Source: Thraustochytrium aureum
Taxonomy: Eukaryota
Length of the DNA stretch: 20,000 nt
Direction of reading: 5' to 3'
NCBI GenBank assembly: GCA_012862495.1
Contig: BLSG01000343.1
Location: forward strand, 120,962 to 140,961
In this document: one piece after another, positions 18,501-20,000 of the stretch
Position numbering within the stretch: position 1 is the stretch's first letter
Layout of the letters: the number at the start of each line of letters is the position of its first letter
Program-made: the position numbers and the translations under genes
Notes under the pieces: generated by a model
What the model saw: the letters and a program-made list of their open reading frames with translations, nothing else
Told to the model about the DNA's origin: nothing
Databases searched by the model: none

Positions 18501-20000
18501 GAAGCCGAATCTGGGATCGGGTGGATGCGCGGCCTACAACGCGCGGCCGCACTTGCCGTGATNNNNNNNNNNNNNNNNNNNNNNNNNNNNNNNNNNNNNN
18601 NNNNNNNNNNNNNNNNNNNNNNNNNNNNNNNNNNNNNNNNNNNNNNNNNNNNNNNNNNNNNNNNNNNNNNNNNNNNNNNNNNNNNNNNNNNNNNNNNNNN
18701 NNNNNNNNNNNNNNNNNNNNNNNNNNNNNNNNNNNNNNNNNNNNNNNNNNNNNNNNNNNNNNNNNNNNNNNNNNNNNNNNNNNNNNNNNNNNNNNNNNNN
18801 NNNNNNNNNNNNNNNNNNNNNNNNNNNNNNNNNNNNNNNNNNNNNNNNNNNNNNNNNNNNNNNNNNNNNNNNNNNNNNAATCAACCCTGCGGGCATGGAA
18901 CTCTGGCTCAAGCTGGAGAGCCGGCACAGGATGTGCATAGACTCTGCTGGGGTGCATTTGCCGGTGCACGCGAGGGCGATGCACCATCACGCGATGGCTG
19001 GACTCGGGCTGCGGAACTCGGCAAGCCGCCCAGAGCCGGCAGAGTTTGAAGCCTATCGGGCCTTGGGCCGCGCGGGCCCGGGGAGGGGCAAGCAACATTG
19101 ACTTCTTGAACGCGGGGCACGTCGCGCAGTTTCAAGAGCTCGCGCGCGGCGTGCACGCGCGGGCGCGCCCGCTAGTGCGCACCTCGGGCGCCCCGAGCTG
19201 GGGCGTCACCTTCACAAGTGAAGAGTTTATCGTCCTCGCCGAGGAGGGGGTCCCGTTGGGGGCCAGAGTGGACGATAAGCGTGTGGGTCCTGGTCGACTT
19301 TGATCCTGGTCGGAGGGCCTCAAGGTCGCCTCGCAGCGGCGACTCGAGCGCCCGCGTTGGCGAAAAGTCGGCGGCGGTGCCGCAAGAGGCCTTCACGTTG
19401 GCGCAAGCGAGCAACGGGGACGCGCAGGTCGCTGTCCTGCGCCGTGCGCTCGTCTCAGACCCCGCGGACCCTACGCACGAGTTTGTGTTCGAGCTTGGGT
19501 GTTTTCAGGCGAATGCGCGAACCTGGCACGGCACCGGCATCGACCTGTTCAAGCTCGTTCCCGGGTGGCACCACATTGTGGCTGTGGGGGCCGGCGGGAA
19601 GACACAGTTTCACGTCGACTCGGGCAGAGAGGTGCCTTTCGCTTCCGTCGAGTACCAGTGCACGAGCGACATCCTGGTCGTCGGGAATTGCGTCCACGGC
19701 GACCAGCCTTGGGGTGCCGCGGCTGACTTTCGTCTGTACCCTTTCGCCCTGTCCCGTGATGCCGAGGATTGGGACCCTTTTTGGACGGTCGGACTGGGGG
19801 CTCTCTGCATACCCGGAGGCAGACCAGTTTCCTGACGCCCAGACTGGCCCCCGCGTCGTGAACGGCGCGATTGCCGCAGCTGGACAAGTTGGCGACAAGG
19901 GCGGCCCCTGGTACAGCTTTGAGGATCTGCCGTGGAGGTACCGTCCTCCGGATTTCTTGAGAGCCGCTGTTGCGCGTTTCGAGGACGGCGCGCTGCTCGC
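15595..20000 (+). CDS. Large ARM/HEAT-repeat protein with a concanavalin A/laminin-G-like domain, 3'-partial; interrupted by a gap and frameshifts at ~16101, ~19083, ~19260 and ~19798
   Basis: ATG at 15595 (MGQDASTE...). ARM-like helices include VNTLSYMLLDPKRELVRLAAAILSTL, SDDPVSQYFAVTALGNLC, QSGLVELL..VLEAAVRAL and VLRRALRLVSALAL..LFDRGVAGTLLRFL. After the gap: WTISVWV...GWHHIVAV..GGKTQFHVD...DILVVGN...ADFRLY. The frame starting at 19801 is open to the window end. Continuity across the gap is assumed. Confidence 0.7.
18563..18878. other. Assembly gap (316 N) within the ARM-repeat gene
   Basis: Run of N. Confidence 1.
19200..19755 (+). other. Concanavalin A-like/LamG-type beta-sandwich domain
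   Basis: The order GVTF..EFI.L...WTISVWV...GWHHIVAV...TQFHVD...LVVGN...DFRLYPFALS matches the usual LamG_3 pattern (FTISxW; WHHxA; xYVDG; IG; DxRIY.RAL). Confidence 0.7.

Noticed and set aside
1163..19800. Euplotes-type programmed +1 frameshifting or pseudogenisation
   Set aside because: No AAA-TAR motif at the breaks, shifts go both ways, and no nonsense codons or motif decay are seen. Homopolymer sequencing error is the simpler explanation.

Overview
GC-rich, intron-poor eukaryotic genomic DNA from a flagellated protist. A stramenopile, possibly a thraustochytrid/labyrinthulomycete, is my guess from gene content and GC; it is not proven. There are four protein genes: a 5'-truncated CFAP58-like coiled-coil gene with two GT-AG introns (+, <2..2830); an apparently intronless ~3,170-aa CFAP47 gene (-, 3064..12568) tail-to-tail with it; a stand-alone CAF16/ABCI19-21-type ABC ATPase (-, 13775..14695); and a large ARM-repeat protein with a ConA/LamG-like domain (+, 15595..>20000). 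The ORF track fragments three of these genes because of about ten single-base frame breaks. Most breaks sit at homopolymer runs and go in both directions, so sequencing error is more likely than recoding. The unexplained non-coding signals are (i) a lower-GC array of ~58-60 bp degenerate repeats, each with a GAACA-N5-TGTTC-type palindrome, in the divergent ABC/ARM intergenic region, and (ii) a hairpin-rich segment at ~13057-13190 with imperfect hammerhead-like and box C/D-like motifs. Two assembly gaps are present. I cannot establish a new biological system from sequence alone.
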